Virus record (IMG/VR): IMGVR_UViG_3300021088_000008 | Coordinates: 1-64,000 of that record | DNA length: 64,000 nucleotides | Strand: one strand, 5' to 3' | DNA from: a virus | In this document: piece by piece, positions 45,452 through 56,280 of the stretch | Numbering within the stretch: position 1 is the stretch's first letter | Layout of the letters: each line of letters starts with the position of its first letter | Notes under the pieces: model-generated | Database searches by the model: none | What the model was told of the DNA's origin: nothing | What the model saw: the letters and a program-made list of their open reading frames with translations, nothing else | Made by a program: the position numbers and the translations under genes

Positions 45452-47317
45452 ATGGCCGGAACGTCGGTTCCTCAGATCCAATGGACGTCGGCCGGGTTTC
45501 TGGCGCCATCGGGCCCGTCCGTGCTGGCAGGCGTGCAACTCGACATCAGCGGCGCGTTTGGGAGTGCCCTCAGCTACGGGCTGACGACACCACAGGGTCA
45601 GCTGGCGCAGTCATGGGGCGCGATCGTTGTCAATTCGTATTCCACCGCGGTCTATTACGCTCAACAGTTCGACCCGGCCTATGCGTCCGGCAGGTTTCAG
45701 GATGCGCTGGGGCGGCTGATCCCCGGCTTCGCCCGGCAGCCTTCGGAGCCGACCGCACTCCAGATCATCTGCAACGGCGCGCAGGACGTTCAGATTCCGA
45801 TCGGCGCCTTGGTCCAGGACATCAACCTGAACCTCTATCAGTGCGTCCAGGCCGGCACGATCCCGGTCGGAGGCGCGATTACGCTGTCGTTTGCCGCGGT
45901 GGTGCCGGGCCCGCTGGCGGTCCCTGCCACGGTGACGCTGACGCAACTCATCCCCGGATGGGATTCTGCCACCGTGCTATCGGGCGCGATCGGGCGCAAT
46001 GTCGAGAGTCGCGCGGCATTTGAAACGCGGCGGCAGGACAGCGTCGCTGGCAACAGCTTCGGCCCGGTCGGCGCCATCATCGGCGCCGTCGCCGAGGTGC
46101 CGGGGGTGCTCGATTATTACGGTGTTGCCAATCCCACGAACGGCACCGTGGTCATCAACGGGGTCTCCATCGCCGCCTATTCGACGTACATCTGCGTTGC
46201 CGGCGGCGCGCCGGCGGCCGTGGCGCAGGCGATTTGGTCCAAAAAGAGCCCGGGCTCGCCGATGGTGGGCAACACCACGGTGACGGTTTACGACTCCAAC
46301 CCGCTGTATTCCGCGCCGGTTCCGTACCAGATCACCTATGAGATCCCGCCAGCGCTTCAGGTGCTGTTCAAGGTTGTGGTCGCTAACGGCCCGCTGGTCC
46401 CGTCGACATTCCAGACCCAGATCCAGAGCGCGATCCTCGCGGCGTTCTCGGGCCAATCCCTGCAGGCCAATTTCACCGGGTCGGTGGCGGGTACGACGTT
46501 GACGGTTTCCGCGGTGAATTCTGGAACGCTGTCGATCGGCCAGACGATCGATGACCTCACCGGCAACCTGGTCGCCAATACGACGATCACCGGGTTCGGC
46601 ACCGGGACCGGAGGAATCGGCACCTATTCTGTCAGCGTAGCGCAGACCGTCACCAGCGAGCCGATGACATCGGCGACCACCACCACCGGGACGACGATCC
46701 CGCGAGCACGGATCAATTCTCAGCTCTATGCGATCCAATATGTTCCCGCGGTGGCGGCATTGGGGACATGGGCGCAGGTCGCTGCGATCGGCATCGGATC
46801 AGCCAATGAATCCGATGCGGTGGTGGTTGGGAATATTTCCGGGAACAATCTGACGGTCACCGCGGTGACGTCAGGAACGTTGGTCACAAACGACGCGCTG
46901 TTCGACGTGCTGAATCTCACACTGAATGCCACCTATATCACCGGCCAGACCAGCGGTACCCCGGGTGGAGTCGGCGTCTATACGGTCAATCAACCCCAGA
47001 CGCTATTTGGCGCGACGTTCACGGGCACCGGATCAGGTTTTAACTTGACCGTTACGGCTGTGACCGGCGTGATTGTAAACGGCAATGTTCTGACCGGTAC
47101 CGGCGTTCCGGCCAACACCATCATCGTCAACCAAACCAGCGGCACGCCCGGCGGTGCTGGCGTTTACGTGACGAGCAACACCACGACGTCGAGCGGTGCG
47201 GCGCTCACCACCAACGGAGTCTTCACTGCGGCGTCGGCCGATCAGATCGTGATCCAGGTCAACGCGAATCAGGTGCCGCAACTCACCGCGGCGAACATTT
47301 TGGTTTCGCACACATGA
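45452..47317 (+). CDS. baseplate J-like protein with inserted repeat domains
   Basis: [42 protein letters not shown]. Confidence 0.85.
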   Translation: MAGTSVPQIQWTSAGFLAPSGPSVLAGVQLDISGAFGSALSYGLTTPQGQLAQSWGAIVVNSYSTAVYYAQQFDPAYASGRFQDALGRLIPGFARQPSEPTALQIICNGAQDVQIPIGALVQDINLNLYQCVQAGTIPVGGAITLSFAAVVPGPLAVPATVTLTQLIPGWDSATVLSGAIGRNVESRAAFETRRQDSVAGNSFGPVGAIIGAVAEVPGVLDYYGVANPTNGTVVINGVSIAAYSTYICVAGGAPAAVAQAIWSKKSPGSPMVGNTTVTVYDSNPLYSAPVPYQITYEIPPALQVLFKVVVANGPLVPSTFQTQIQSAILAAFSGQSLQANFTGSVAGTTLTVSAVNSGTLSIGQTIDDLTGNLVANTTITGFGTGTGGIGTYSVSVAQTVTSEPMTSATTTTGTTIPRARINSQLYAIQYVPAVAALGTWAQVAAIGIGSANESDAVVVGNISGNNLTVTAVTSGTLVTNDALFDVLNLTLNATYITGQTSGTPGGVGVYTVNQPQTLFGATFTGTGSGFNLTVTAVTGVIVNGNVLTGTGVPANTIIVNQTSGTPGGAGVYVTSNTTTSSGAALTTNGVFTAASADQIVIQVNANQVPQLTAANILVSHT

Positions 47318-47991
47318 CGGACACAGGCGCGCCTTATCCGAAGTACGCCCCCGGCTTCACGCCCGGCTCGAATGCTATCGGGACTTTCGCCATAGGCGTG
47401 AGCCCATTGGGGATGATTCCGCCGTTCGATCCGTGGGACACCGTGATGTCCCAATATGCGAACTCACCAATCATCACCGGCCTGATCACATCGTTCAACG
47501 CTGCGATGGACCTGACGCAGTTCTACGAGCAGTTCCTCGAGAACGAAGTGGATATCACCACCGCCGTCGGCTATGGGCTCGATGTGCTAGGTCGGATCGT
47601 CGGTGTCACCCGCGTGCTGAAATTCTCCGGCTTGACGCCGAGCTTTGGGTTCAACGAGGCGAACAGTTGGACCGGATTCAACCAGGGCAGCTTCGCCAGC
47701 GGCTCATCGTCGGTGTCGAACTTCATCCTGCAGGATTCCGACTTCCGGCGGCTCATCCTGGCCAAAGCTGCAGGAAATATCTCCGACGGGTCAATCCAAT
47801 CGACGAACAGCATCCTGCTGCAGCTTTTCCCCGGCCGCGGTACTGCCTACATCGCCGACAACCAGAATATGACGGCCACCTATACGTTCAGCTTTCCCCT
47901 GACACCGGTCGACCTCGCCATCCTGCAGACCCCTGGTGTCTTGCCCGATCCGGCTGGCGTCGGTATTAACATCACAGCCCCGCCGTCCTGA
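47314..47991 (+). CDS. baseplate protein (DUF2612-like)
   Basis: [41 protein letters not shown]. Confidence 0.8.
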   Translation: MTDTGAPYPKYAPGFTPGSNAIGTFAIGVSPLGMIPPFDPWDTVMSQYANSPIITGLITSFNAAMDLTQFYEQFLENEVDITTAVGYGLDVLGRIVGVTRVLKFSGLTPSFGFNEANSWTGFNQGSFASGSSSVSNFILQDSDFRRLILAKAAGNISDGSIQSTNSILLQLFPGRGTAYIADNQNMTATYTFSFPLTPVDLAILQTPGVLPDPAGVGINITAPPS

Positions 47992-48008
47992 TGGGAGAAA
48001 ATTACCGC

Positions 48009-49223
48009 ATGAAGAACCGAATCATAGCGGCCCTTGTCGCGGCTCTGGCGCTGTTCACTGCGAGCGGCGCGGGCGCCATCCAACAGGCCAATGTCCCGCC
48101 AAAGTTCGCGCTGACCTGGGGCGCGTTTGCGGCTACCCCGTACATCCGATCGATTCCGCAGCCATCGCAGATCGGCATCACGAATTGTTCGGCGTCGCTC
48201 ACGGACGGGTTTCCGCCGCTAACCTTCGTGCCTGCCGCAGCCGGCGGCTGCGCGCCGTTCGGGCAGGATTTCAACGGTATTCTTCGGCAGATCACGCAAT
48301 GGGATCAGTGGACCTCCGCAGGCGGACCCACCTTCTATGATGCAACGTTCGCGACGGGTGCGGCGAATGGATACCCGAAAGGCGCTATTCTCCAATCCAC
48401 GATCGTTCCGGGCGATTTCTGGTTATCGACCGCCGACAACAACACCTCAAATCCGGACACCGGCGGCGCGAATTGGGTGCCGTTGCCGAGCACATATCAG
48501 ACCGGATCGATCGCATGGACGTGGACGACTGTGCCCTCTGGATGGGTTAACCTGAACGCCTCGACTACGATAGGTAATGCGTCGTCCGGCGCGACAGTGG
48601 CCAACTCGACGACGCAACTTCTGTACGTTCTGCTGTGGAACAATTGTTCCAACACGCAATGCCCGGTCACCGGAGGGCGCGGCGCGAATGCTGCGGCGGA
48701 TTATGCCGCGAACAAGCAAATCTCTGTGTTCTCCATGGCCGGCTCCATGCAGATGGGGAACGACCAGGGCACAGGGGTTCTGAATAGCGTCCCGGTCATT
48801 TTCGGCGGCGGCCCGAACTTCAATCTATCATTGATCGGCGAGGTCTTTCACACCAACACTGTCGGCGAACTCCCGGCGCACACGCACAACATCAACATCA
48901 CGAGCAGCATCGAGAGTGCTGCCCACACACACACCGGATCAGGTACGACAGGAAACGATAGTCCGGATCATTTCCATTCGGTCGAGGGTTTCGGCGGCGG
49001 CGGTGCGAATGTCGCTGGCGGCGGCAGCTTCAACAATTCGAGCGTCAACACGTCAGGCGCCAATACGCGTCATCAGCACGCCTATTCGTTCACGACGAGC
49101 ACCGAGAGCGCCAACCACACGCATGTCGTCAACGGCGCCACCGATGGCGGTAATGGACTTTTCAACACGCCGGCCAATAACACGCCTCGAGCCATGATCG
49201 GCATATGGATTATCAAGCTATGA
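48009..49223 (+). CDS. tail fibre protein carrying an N-terminal signal peptide
   Basis: GFPPLTF..AGG..P.GQDFNGIL, YPKGA anchor motifs; collar-like domain; HTH/HxH repeats; MKNRIIAALVAALALFTASGAGA|IQ. Confidence 0.85.
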   Translation: MKNRIIAALVAALALFTASGAGAIQQANVPPKFALTWGAFAATPYIRSIPQPSQIGITNCSASLTDGFPPLTFVPAAAGGCAPFGQDFNGILRQITQWDQWTSAGGPTFYDATFATGAANGYPKGAILQSTIVPGDFWLSTADNNTSNPDTGGANWVPLPSTYQTGSIAWTWTTVPSGWVNLNASTTIGNASSGATVANSTTQLLYVLLWNNCSNTQCPVTGGRGANAAADYAANKQISVFSMAGSMQMGNDQGTGVLNSVPVIFGGGPNFNLSLIGEVFHTNTVGELPAHTHNINITSSIESAAHTHTGSGTTGNDSPDHFHSVEGFGGGGANVAGGGSFNNSSVNTSGANTRHQHAYSFTTSTESANHTHVVNGATDGGNGLFNTPANNTPRAMIGIWIIKL

Positions 49224-50101
49224 AACTCGCATCCCTGATCTTCGCCACCGTCATCATGTCGATTTTTTCGACTGGATTGGAGGCGGAACCCGCAAAGATT
49301 CTGAAATCCCAAGTGGGCCCGACGTTTCAGGCGGACGTCGCGGCCTATGCCAAGGAAATGATGGATTGGAAGGCTCACATGGCTGCGGTCGCTGCAGACA
49401 AGGCTGCCGGCGTGCCGAAGGAAAAGGCCCATGCGCCCTTCCCGCCGCCAATAGCTCCTGCCGACGTCGCCGCGGCGGTCGACGATACGGGCACACCGAA
49501 CTATGTCATCGTCGACGATGGCCCGACACCGGATCAAGTTCTTGCGGCGAAGAAACAGGCGCTGATCAGCGAGATCCAGGAGGCCGAGGTAGCGCAGATC
49601 GAGAAAGTCATCCCGGCGGCGAAGCTTCGCGCCGCCGAGTTTCGAGCCGCCGACATACAGGTGGCGGATGCCGCGGCAGTTGAGCAATCGCTGCGCGCGG
49701 TTGACAATGAGCGGAACAAGTTGGCCGCTCTCAATAGCCAGCAAGAGAAAATTGAAATGAAGTTGGCGGCCGAGCAGCCGGGACTGATCGGAGCGGCCAT
49801 GCAATCTATGACCGGGCTCGGCGCGGTGATTGCCTCTGATCTGGCGGCAGCAAAAGCGCTTGATCAGCCGATCGCCGATCAGGCCGCGGTGGTGAAGCAG
49901 GCCGAGGCCGCCTACGCCGACCGGCCAGCCCTAATGGCGAAGACCAGATCACCCGCCGATCACGCCTTCATGCTGGCGCGAGAGGCCAACAGGAAGACGG
50001 TCGAATCGATTCACCGATGGGCGGCGCAGGCGATGTCCGATGTTGCCGATCTGACCACGGCGAATGTCGATGCGTGGAAACTGCCACCGTTCCAGAACTG
50101 A
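49220..50101 (+). CDS. tail fibre assembly/chaperone-like protein with signal peptide
   Basis: ATGA overlap after fibre; YVIVDDGPTPDQVLAAKKQALI; MKLASLIFATVIMSIFSTGLEA|EP. Confidence 0.55.
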   Translation: MKLASLIFATVIMSIFSTGLEAEPAKILKSQVGPTFQADVAAYAKEMMDWKAHMAAVAADKAAGVPKEKAHAPFPPPIAPADVAAAVDDTGTPNYVIVDDGPTPDQVLAAKKQALISEIQEAEVAQIEKVIPAAKLRAAEFRAADIQVADAAAVEQSLRAVDNERNKLAALNSQQEKIEMKLAAEQPGLIGAAMQSMTGLGAVIASDLAAAKALDQPIADQAAVVKQAEAAYADRPALMAKTRSPADHAFMLAREANRKTVESIHRWAAQAMSDVADLTTANVDAWKLPPFQN

Positions 50102-50110
50102 GGGGAATCG

Positions 50111-52321
50111 ATGCGCCATTTCAAAGCGGCCCTCTTCGCGTTGCTGGCGCTCCTGCCGAGCGCCGCGCTGGCGCAAAGTCTGCCGCCATGGCCGATCACG
50201 ACATATGGATATGTTGCGAGCCCGGCGCAGTGGGGCGTGCTCGCCACCATGAAGCAAGACTACCTCGGCGCACCTCCGGTCTTGACGTCCGGCGGAATCA
50301 TGACCGGCGAGTTGACCACGGCGCCCGCGACTGCATCGAGGTCGGGATTCAATTGTCCTCCTGGCGTGGCGCCGACGTCACCTGTCAACGGTGATATTTG
50401 GTGTACCAATGCCGGTGTGTTCTCTCAAGTTAACGGATCGACGATCGGTCCGCTGATAGGTGGCGGATCATCAACATTCACGGGAACGTCTCCCATTGTT
50501 CCGACGTTTCCAGGCGGAGGCGTCGTTAATTACGCATTCAATTTCTCGGTTTCAAATACGTTCCTGGCGAATCAAACCGGGCAGGGCGCGACCACGACTC
50601 AGCCAGGATGGTATGCACAGATCTCCGGAGACACATTCGCTCGTGCGCGCATCGGTCCCAATTCGGCTGATGTTGCGGCAGTAAGCTTCGGACCGGGCAA
50701 TGCCGCGCGAGACACCCACATTGAGAGAGCGGCGCCAGCTACGTTGCGCCTTGGATCCACCGATGCAGCGGCTCCGATCGCCCAAACGCTTATCGTGCAG
50801 AACGTCATCGCTGGAACGTCAAATACGGCTGGAACAAATCTAACGATTAATGGGTCACAGGGGACTGGAACCGGTGGCGGCGGCTCCATTATCTTTCAGG
50901 TTGCCCCGTCCGGAAGCACTGGGACCGCACAGAATGCACTGTCTCCGGCCCTGACTCTGAACAGTTCTAAGTTGGCAACATTCGGTGGTCACGTCTCAAT
51001 TGAAGGAGTTACGTCCGCCGGGGCCACCGGCACCGGAAATTTGGTGTTTGGATCGTTACCGACGATATCAACGCCGACTATCGCAGGCGGCGCGCTATCT
51101 GGCACATTCTCAGGAACGCCAACATTCTCTGGCGCGAATTTCCTAACCCTGTCAAATCTTGCGCAATCGTCGGCCGGCGCCCAATTCCTCGGTGTTTCCG
51201 GAGCATCTACCGCTAACTATGCGCCATTCACGCTGGCTAGCCTCGCCAATTTGGCTTCTCCTAGCCCGACGCTTGATCTGATCCCGATCACCGACCATAC
51301 GACCGGAACCATAAAAAACGTGACGCCAGCCGCGATCGCAGGATCGGTGGTTTCCGGTGTCGCGACCCTGAACAGCCAGACCGGGAACCTCGTCGGATGG
51401 ACGCCGCCGCAGGGGCGCCTCAGTCTCAGCACCGCAGCAGTCATGACCGCGAGCGTTGCCGGCGCTACGGCTATCAACTATGTGGCTTACACCGGCCACA
51501 ACGTTCCGATCTACAACGGAACTGCCGTCGTGCAGGCCCAGATCTGCGCAGCGAATACTATCGGGAATTGCTTGCTATCCGTGACGCTCGGGAGCAACTG
51601 GCTAGCCAGCACGTTCTATGATTGGCTGATCGCATGGAACAGTGGAACGCCAACACTGTGCAGCGTCGCATGGACCAATTCGACGACGCGGGCGACGGCG
51701 CTCACCCCGATAGATGGCCTGAACACCAATGCGTCGTCATTCACATGCGCCACCGGCAACAGCACAAGCATCACCGTTCCAGCAAACCAGGGAACTTACG
51801 TCGGGACGTGCGAAACTGGATTGGCCGGACAGTTTAATCACATCTATGGCGGCACGGCTGCCGGCGGCACGGCGGCCTTCATAGGGTGCTGGAATGCCTT
51901 CAACCGGATCCAGCAGCGAACAATCGTCAGCGATACAACGGCATCATGGACCTATGCCGTCGCACTCACGTGGCGCGCCGCAAACGCCGGGCTGCCGGCC
52001 CACGTACAGGGAACATTCGTGAGAGGCCTCGCAGAGGATAGCCTTGTGGGAACCTACTATGGGTTCTCGCAGCCGGGCGCCGGATCGGCATCTGCCGTCG
52101 GCGTTGGATTGGATTCCACAACGACGCCATGCGGGATAACGATGCCGGCCACACAAGCTGCCGTCAATCAGGCCGTAACAGCGAACTGCGCTTCGATTCC
52201 AGGGATTGGCGCTCATGTCATGGCCGCCCTCGAATGGAACTTCAATACGACTGCTGGTACGTTCTACGGACTTCCGAATGCTGGCGGTCAAACCGGACTT
52301 GAAATGGTCTTCTCATACTGA
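50111..52321 (+). CDS. long tail fibre/spike protein with signal peptide
   Basis: Thr/Gly/Ser-rich; PPQGRLSL, TYVGT, WNAFNR fibre motifs; MRHFKAALFALLALLPSAALA|QS. Confidence 0.75.
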   Translation: MRHFKAALFALLALLPSAALAQSLPPWPITTYGYVASPAQWGVLATMKQDYLGAPPVLTSGGIMTGELTTAPATASRSGFNCPPGVAPTSPVNGDIWCTNAGVFSQVNGSTIGPLIGGGSSTFTGTSPIVPTFPGGGVVNYAFNFSVSNTFLANQTGQGATTTQPGWYAQISGDTFARARIGPNSADVAAVSFGPGNAARDTHIERAAPATLRLGSTDAAAPIAQTLIVQNVIAGTSNTAGTNLTINGSQGTGTGGGGSIIFQVAPSGSTGTAQNALSPALTLNSSKLATFGGHVSIEGVTSAGATGTGNLVFGSLPTISTPTIAGGALSGTFSGTPTFSGANFLTLSNLAQSSAGAQFLGVSGASTANYAPFTLASLANLASPSPTLDLIPITDHTTGTIKNVTPAAIAGSVVSGVATLNSQTGNLVGWTPPQGRLSLSTAAVMTASVAGATAINYVAYTGHNVPIYNGTAVVQAQICAANTIGNCLLSVTLGSNWLASTFYDWLIAWNSGTPTLCSVAWTNSTTRATALTPIDGLNTNASSFTCATGNSTSITVPANQGTYVGTCETGLAGQFNHIYGGTAAGGTAAFIGCWNAFNRIQQRTIVSDTTASWTYAVALTWRAANAGLPAHVQGTFVRGLAEDSLVGTYYGFSQPGAGSASAVGVGLDSTTTPCGITMPATQAAVNQAVTANCASIPGIGAHVMAALEWNFNTTAGTFYGLPNAGGQTGLEMVFSY

Positions 52322-52332
52322 GGTAAGATTTC

Positions 52333-53268
52333 ATGCTATATGCTCGGATCATCGTTCTTCTATTTCTCGCCTTCATCATCAGCCCGGCACTAGCGCAGCG
52401 CGGTTCATCATCGCCCGATCCTAACCAATTGAATACGAACTTTCCCGTTAGCATCGGATGTACGATCAATCCAAATGTCAATGCCGTAACGCTGCAAGCC
52501 AGCCAGATTCCAAATCCGGCCAACCATTATCTTGTTGCGATCGTCGACGGGCAGTCCAACGGCACCAACATCATCCCCACGACCTACACGCCAACGAACG
52601 CGTCTGCTATCCTGCAGATGAACATCGGTGATGGAGGTGTCTATTCGATTTCGGACCCGGTTCTTGGGACATGCCTCAACGCGGCTGGTTCTGGTTGGAG
52701 TATGCTGCAGCTTTTTGACGCCTTGATCACGGCGGGTAAATTCGACCACGTCCTCGTTGAGCCTATCAACGTCGATGGCACGGCGGTTGCCGACCACGCG
52801 AGCGGATTTCTTCAAGGCAGGTTGGCTACGGCAATCAATCGTCTCGCCGCGAAGGGCTGGGTTGCCGGAACCAACATCACAGTGATCGTGATCTGGATGC
52901 AGGGCGAGAGTGACAATCTAGCGGGAACCACTCAGGCAAATTACACGAGCACATTGAACTCTCTTATCGCGCAGAGCCGAGCCGCCGGGTTTGCTGGGCC
53001 ATGGTTTGTTCCGGAAGAAACTTGGGATAACGGTGCGGCATCGACCGCCGTGCAGCTTGCACAGACGAGTGTATCACCAAGCGGCGTGATCAACACTTCC
53101 GCGAGCGTCTATCCGGGCCCCAACCTTGACGCTCTGGTTGGATCGATATGCACAGGGTCGGCGGCATGTCGACAGGCCGATAATACGCACTTCACGACCG
53201 CAGCACGTGCTAATGTCACGTCGGTATGGCAGACCGCACTTCACGCCGCATTGCCATCCATTTTTTAG
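52333..53268 (+). CDS. SGNH / sialate O-acetylesterase-family esterase with signal peptide
   Basis: DGQSN, WMQGESD, DNTHF; N-terminus ending PALA|Q. Confidence 0.8.
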   Translation: MLYARIIVLLFLAFIISPALAQRGSSSPDPNQLNTNFPVSIGCTINPNVNAVTLQASQIPNPANHYLVAIVDGQSNGTNIIPTTYTPTNASAILQMNIGDGGVYSISDPVLGTCLNAAGSGWSMLQLFDALITAGKFDHVLVEPINVDGTAVADHASGFLQGRLATAINRLAAKGWVAGTNITVIVIWMQGESDNLAGTTQANYTSTLNSLIAQSRAAGFAGPWFVPEETWDNGAASTAVQLAQTSVSPSGVINTSASVYPGPNLDALVGSICTGSAACRQADNTHFTTAARANVTSVWQTALHAALPSIF

Positions 53269-53277
53269 GAGTTTCCG

Positions 53278-54132
53278 ATGCGCCATCCTTTCGAGATCCT
53301 GAAGCCGGAATATTCGCAGTTGCTCTCTGCGATGGTGATCCGGAAGGAATGCCGCGCCGAGGTCGACCACGTCGCGATGAAGTTGGTCGGGTTCAAGCCT
53401 CGGTATCAGTCCGTGAGCGTGGCGACCGGCGTGCCGATCGTCTTCATGGCTACGCTATTCGAGCGCGAGGCCGGTTCTGATTTCACGAGAAACGCAGGTC
53501 AAGGCTGGCCTTTGAATAGCATATCGCGGGACATTCCCAAGAACGGACCCTTCCGGACGTGGGCAGATTCGGCGATTGCTGCGTACCATCTCAATGGACT
53601 CGATCGCGTTGGCGCGCCCAACTGGATCTGGGAATTGATCTGCTTCTATGGAGAACTTTTTAACGGGTTTGGACCGCGCGACGAGCATCATCAGCACACC
53701 AGCTATCTATGGGGAGGAACGAACATTCAGACCCCTGGCAAATACGTGAGAGATCACGTTTACGATCCAACCGTGATGGACGAGCAGTTGGGTATCATCC
53801 CGGTCGCCCGCCGAATGGTCGAGATCGACCCGTCGCTGGCGTTGCCGAGCGCTGCGATCGCACCGCCGATCCATTCCGGCATTGCGGCGCCTGAGACCGG
53901 CGTCGATACGAAGTGGGTTCAGACCGCCCTGAACAAGATCGGCTGGGAGCCTCCGCTGCACGTCGATGGCAGCTATGGCGACAAGACGAAAAAGGCGGTG
54001 GAGCATTTCCAGCGTTCCTACAATCTCACGGTTGACTTCGCCGGGCCTGAGACTGTTGCCGCGCTCAAGGAAGCGCTGGCCGCGCTCGACGCGCCGAAGG
54101 AAGAGCCAGCGGCACCGAAGGTTGCGACGTGA
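53278..54132 (+). CDS. endolysin (lysozyme-like domain + peptidoglycan-binding domain)
   Basis: ERE, ELFNGFG, YLWGGT..GKYVRDH; VQTALN..VDGSYGDKTKKAVEHFQ. Confidence 0.85.
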   Translation: MRHPFEILKPEYSQLLSAMVIRKECRAEVDHVAMKLVGFKPRYQSVSVATGVPIVFMATLFEREAGSDFTRNAGQGWPLNSISRDIPKNGPFRTWADSAIAAYHLNGLDRVGAPNWIWELICFYGELFNGFGPRDEHHQHTSYLWGGTNIQTPGKYVRDHVYDPTVMDEQLGIIPVARRMVEIDPSLALPSAAIAPPIHSGIAAPETGVDTKWVQTALNKIGWEPPLHVDGSYGDKTKKAVEHFQRSYNLTVDFAGPETVAALKEALAALDAPKEEPAAPKVAT

Positions 54133-54332
54133 GCCTGTCCAGGGCGGAGATGCTCCAGGCGGTCAAGGATGGTCTGATCGACGCGACCAAGTCGCGCGCG
54201 GCGAACTGCGCCACCAACGGCATCGGCGAGGGCGTTCCCGCCGCTGCGGCGCAGTTCGAGAACGGCATGAAAGAGCTGAAAGACGCTTACGTCGCGTTCT
54301 GCGCCGTGATAGACAGAATTTTCCCCGAATAG
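54129..54332 (+). CDS. hypothetical protein
   Basis: GTGA overlap. Confidence 0.5.
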   Translation: MSLSRAEMLQAVKDGLIDATKSRAANCATNGIGEGVPAAAAQFENGMKELKDAYVAFCAVIDRIFPE

Positions 54333-54341
54333 GAGATCCTG

Positions 54342-55058
54342 ATGCGCCGACTTCTCATCGTACCGGCCCTGCTGCTGTCCTTGGTTCTGCCGGCGGCCGC
54401 GCAGTTCAACAACATCCATCCCGAAGGCGTTCCAATGCCGACTTCGGCCGATGTGGTCGCGTCCCAGAGGGTGGGTGGTCCGGTCGCGATCGGCCAGGCG
54501 CAGTTGCAGAAGGACGATGGCGGCAAGGTTGCGCTGATCTCGGCGCCGGCACCGCCCTCTGGAGGCCTGATCCAGTTTTCCGCCTTCGGCTGGCTTGAGC
54601 CGTACGTCGACTCGGCCGCCAATGCCTTGATCCTGGCGCTCGTCGGGTACATGGCAACCGTGCTCAAGACGAAATGGAATATCGACCTCGATCAGGGGCA
54701 TCGCAACGCGCTGACGACGTTCCTGCAGAACCGCGCTGCATCGCTGATCTCCGATGGCGCCGTTAGAATGAGCGGTAAGTCCGTGCAGGTCGATAACGCG
54801 ATGCTGGCGCGCGCGGCAAATCAGGCGTCGCTGGCAATACCCGGCGTGCTGAAGCGATTCGGCCTGACCCCGGACGTGGTCGCCGCCAAAATCATCGACG
54901 CCATCCCGCAGACGACCGCGGGAGCTGCCATCATCGCCGACGCGCACAAGGACAGCCCGGAGCCGCCGGTAACGGTCACCGACCGCCCCATTGTGCCCTC
55001 GGCGAACGCCGCACCGAGCTTCCTCGTTCCCCCCACGGCGCCGCTGACGGCTGCATGA
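54342..55058 (+). CDS. membrane protein, holin-like candidate
   Basis: Signal-like N-terminus plus one TM segment; next to endolysin. Confidence 0.5.
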   Translation: MRRLLIVPALLLSLVLPAAAQFNNIHPEGVPMPTSADVVASQRVGGPVAIGQAQLQKDDGGKVALISAPAPPSGGLIQFSAFGWLEPYVDSAANALILALVGYMATVLKTKWNIDLDQGHRNALTTFLQNRAASLISDGAVRMSGKSVQVDNAMLARAANQASLAIPGVLKRFGLTPDVVAAKIIDAIPQTTAGAAIIADAHKDSPEPPVTVTDRPIVPSANAAPSFLVPPTAPLTAA

Positions 55059-55297
55059 ACCGGGTCATTGCGGCGCTGCTGGCCTCGGTGGCGCCTGCGG
55101 CCGCGGCCGAGCACATGGTGATGTTTTCGGTCGCTCCGGATTGCTGCACCACCACCGCTCAGGTCCGCGGCGTGCCATTCTCTCTGGATTCGGGACAGCG
55201 GTTTTGGATCCCGCAATCGTGGTCCAAAGATGCTATCGAGGCCGGCTATCATCCCTGCGGCCGCTATGGCTGCGAGCAGCCCAATGAGCGGCGGTGA
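55055..55297 (+). CDS. small putative exported protein
   Basis: ATGA overlap; hydrophobic N-terminus; four Cys. Confidence 0.4.
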   Translation: MNRVIAALLASVAPAAAAEHMVMFSVAPDCCTTTAQVRGVPFSLDSGQRFWIPQSWSKDAIEAGYHPCGRYGCEQPNERR

Positions 55298-55414
55298 TGC
55301 AGAAATGGCACGGTGGGAGATAATCTGACCCGAATTGCCGCATTTCCTCTTCGACCTGACGTGGTCGGCGCGTACCTTCCCGCGCATTCCGTCACCCCCT
55401 TGAGAGGACACCCC

Positions 55415-56155
55415 ATGAAGAACTTCCTCCGCATTGCGGCGATCGCCGCAGCTTTCCTGGCCGGTCCCGCGCTCGCTGCGGACCTTGCCGTGAAGGCGCC
55501 AGCAGCCCCCGTCTTCACCGGATACCCGTTCGGCACCTCCGGCTTCTACGCCGGCATCTTCACGGAGGCGGGCGGCGGCCCGGTGGTCGCCAGTGTCCCC
55601 GGCGTCAATCCGGCTAGCCTGACCACGACCACAGCAGGTGTTGGCCTGAATGCCGGCTATGCCTGGGGCAGCAAGACCAGCATGTTCGCCTATGCGATCG
55701 AGGGCAAAGTCTCCGCGACCAATTTCAACGGCGCGAATCAGGGTTTCTCGGTCTCAGGTCCAGTTTCGTTCGAGGGTACCGGTCTGATCTGGACGCCCGT
55801 TTCAACCATCCAGAATGCACTCGGGCTGCTGAGCCTGCCGAATCCGTTCAGCAGCGTCGCGCCCTTCCCGCTACTCCCGGTCGGCGTGACCGCCAGCAAT
55901 GTCCAAACCGGGTTCGGCGCCGGCTTCCGCGCCGACGACGTGACGGTGGCATTTCTCGGCGCCGGATCGAACAAGGTCTGGTCGTTCTCGCCCAAGATCG
56001 AGTTCGACCTGATGGAACAGCTCAGCAACGGTTCGGCCGTTCGCGAATATGTCGAGACCGTATTTCAAAATAAGGGCGTCACGTTCGGCGGCCCGGTCGG
56101 AGTAACGTCGACCGTGGGCACGAAGTATCTCGCCGGCGTCGCCGTCGAGTTCTGA
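55415..56155 (+). CDS. outer-membrane beta-barrel protein (rhizobial Omp25/RopB-like)
   Basis: Signal peptide, AADLAVKAP, SGFYAG, GLNAGYAW, C-terminal Phe. Confidence 0.75.
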   Translation: MKNFLRIAAIAAAFLAGPALAADLAVKAPAAPVFTGYPFGTSGFYAGIFTEAGGGPVVASVPGVNPASLTTTTAGVGLNAGYAWGSKTSMFAYAIEGKVSATNFNGANQGFSVSGPVSFEGTGLIWTPVSTIQNALGLLSLPNPFSSVAPFPLLPVGVTASNVQTGFGAGFRADDVTVAFLGAGSNKVWSFSPKIEFDLMEQLSNGSAVREYVETVFQNKGVTFGGPVGVTSTVGTKYLAGVAVEF

Positions 56156-56280
56156 TCGGATCGCGCGCGTCGCGCGAATCATGACAACTGATGCAACCGG
56201 CCTTGATTCCATATATGCAGGAATCAGGGCCGTTTGTTTTTGGTCGCCCAGGACAATTTCGGAGAGTAGGATGCTACCCG

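Noticed and set aside
48009-52321. Diversity-generating retroelement or invertible fibre cassette
   Set aside because: No reverse transcriptase, invertase or TR/VR repeat pair detected by eye.
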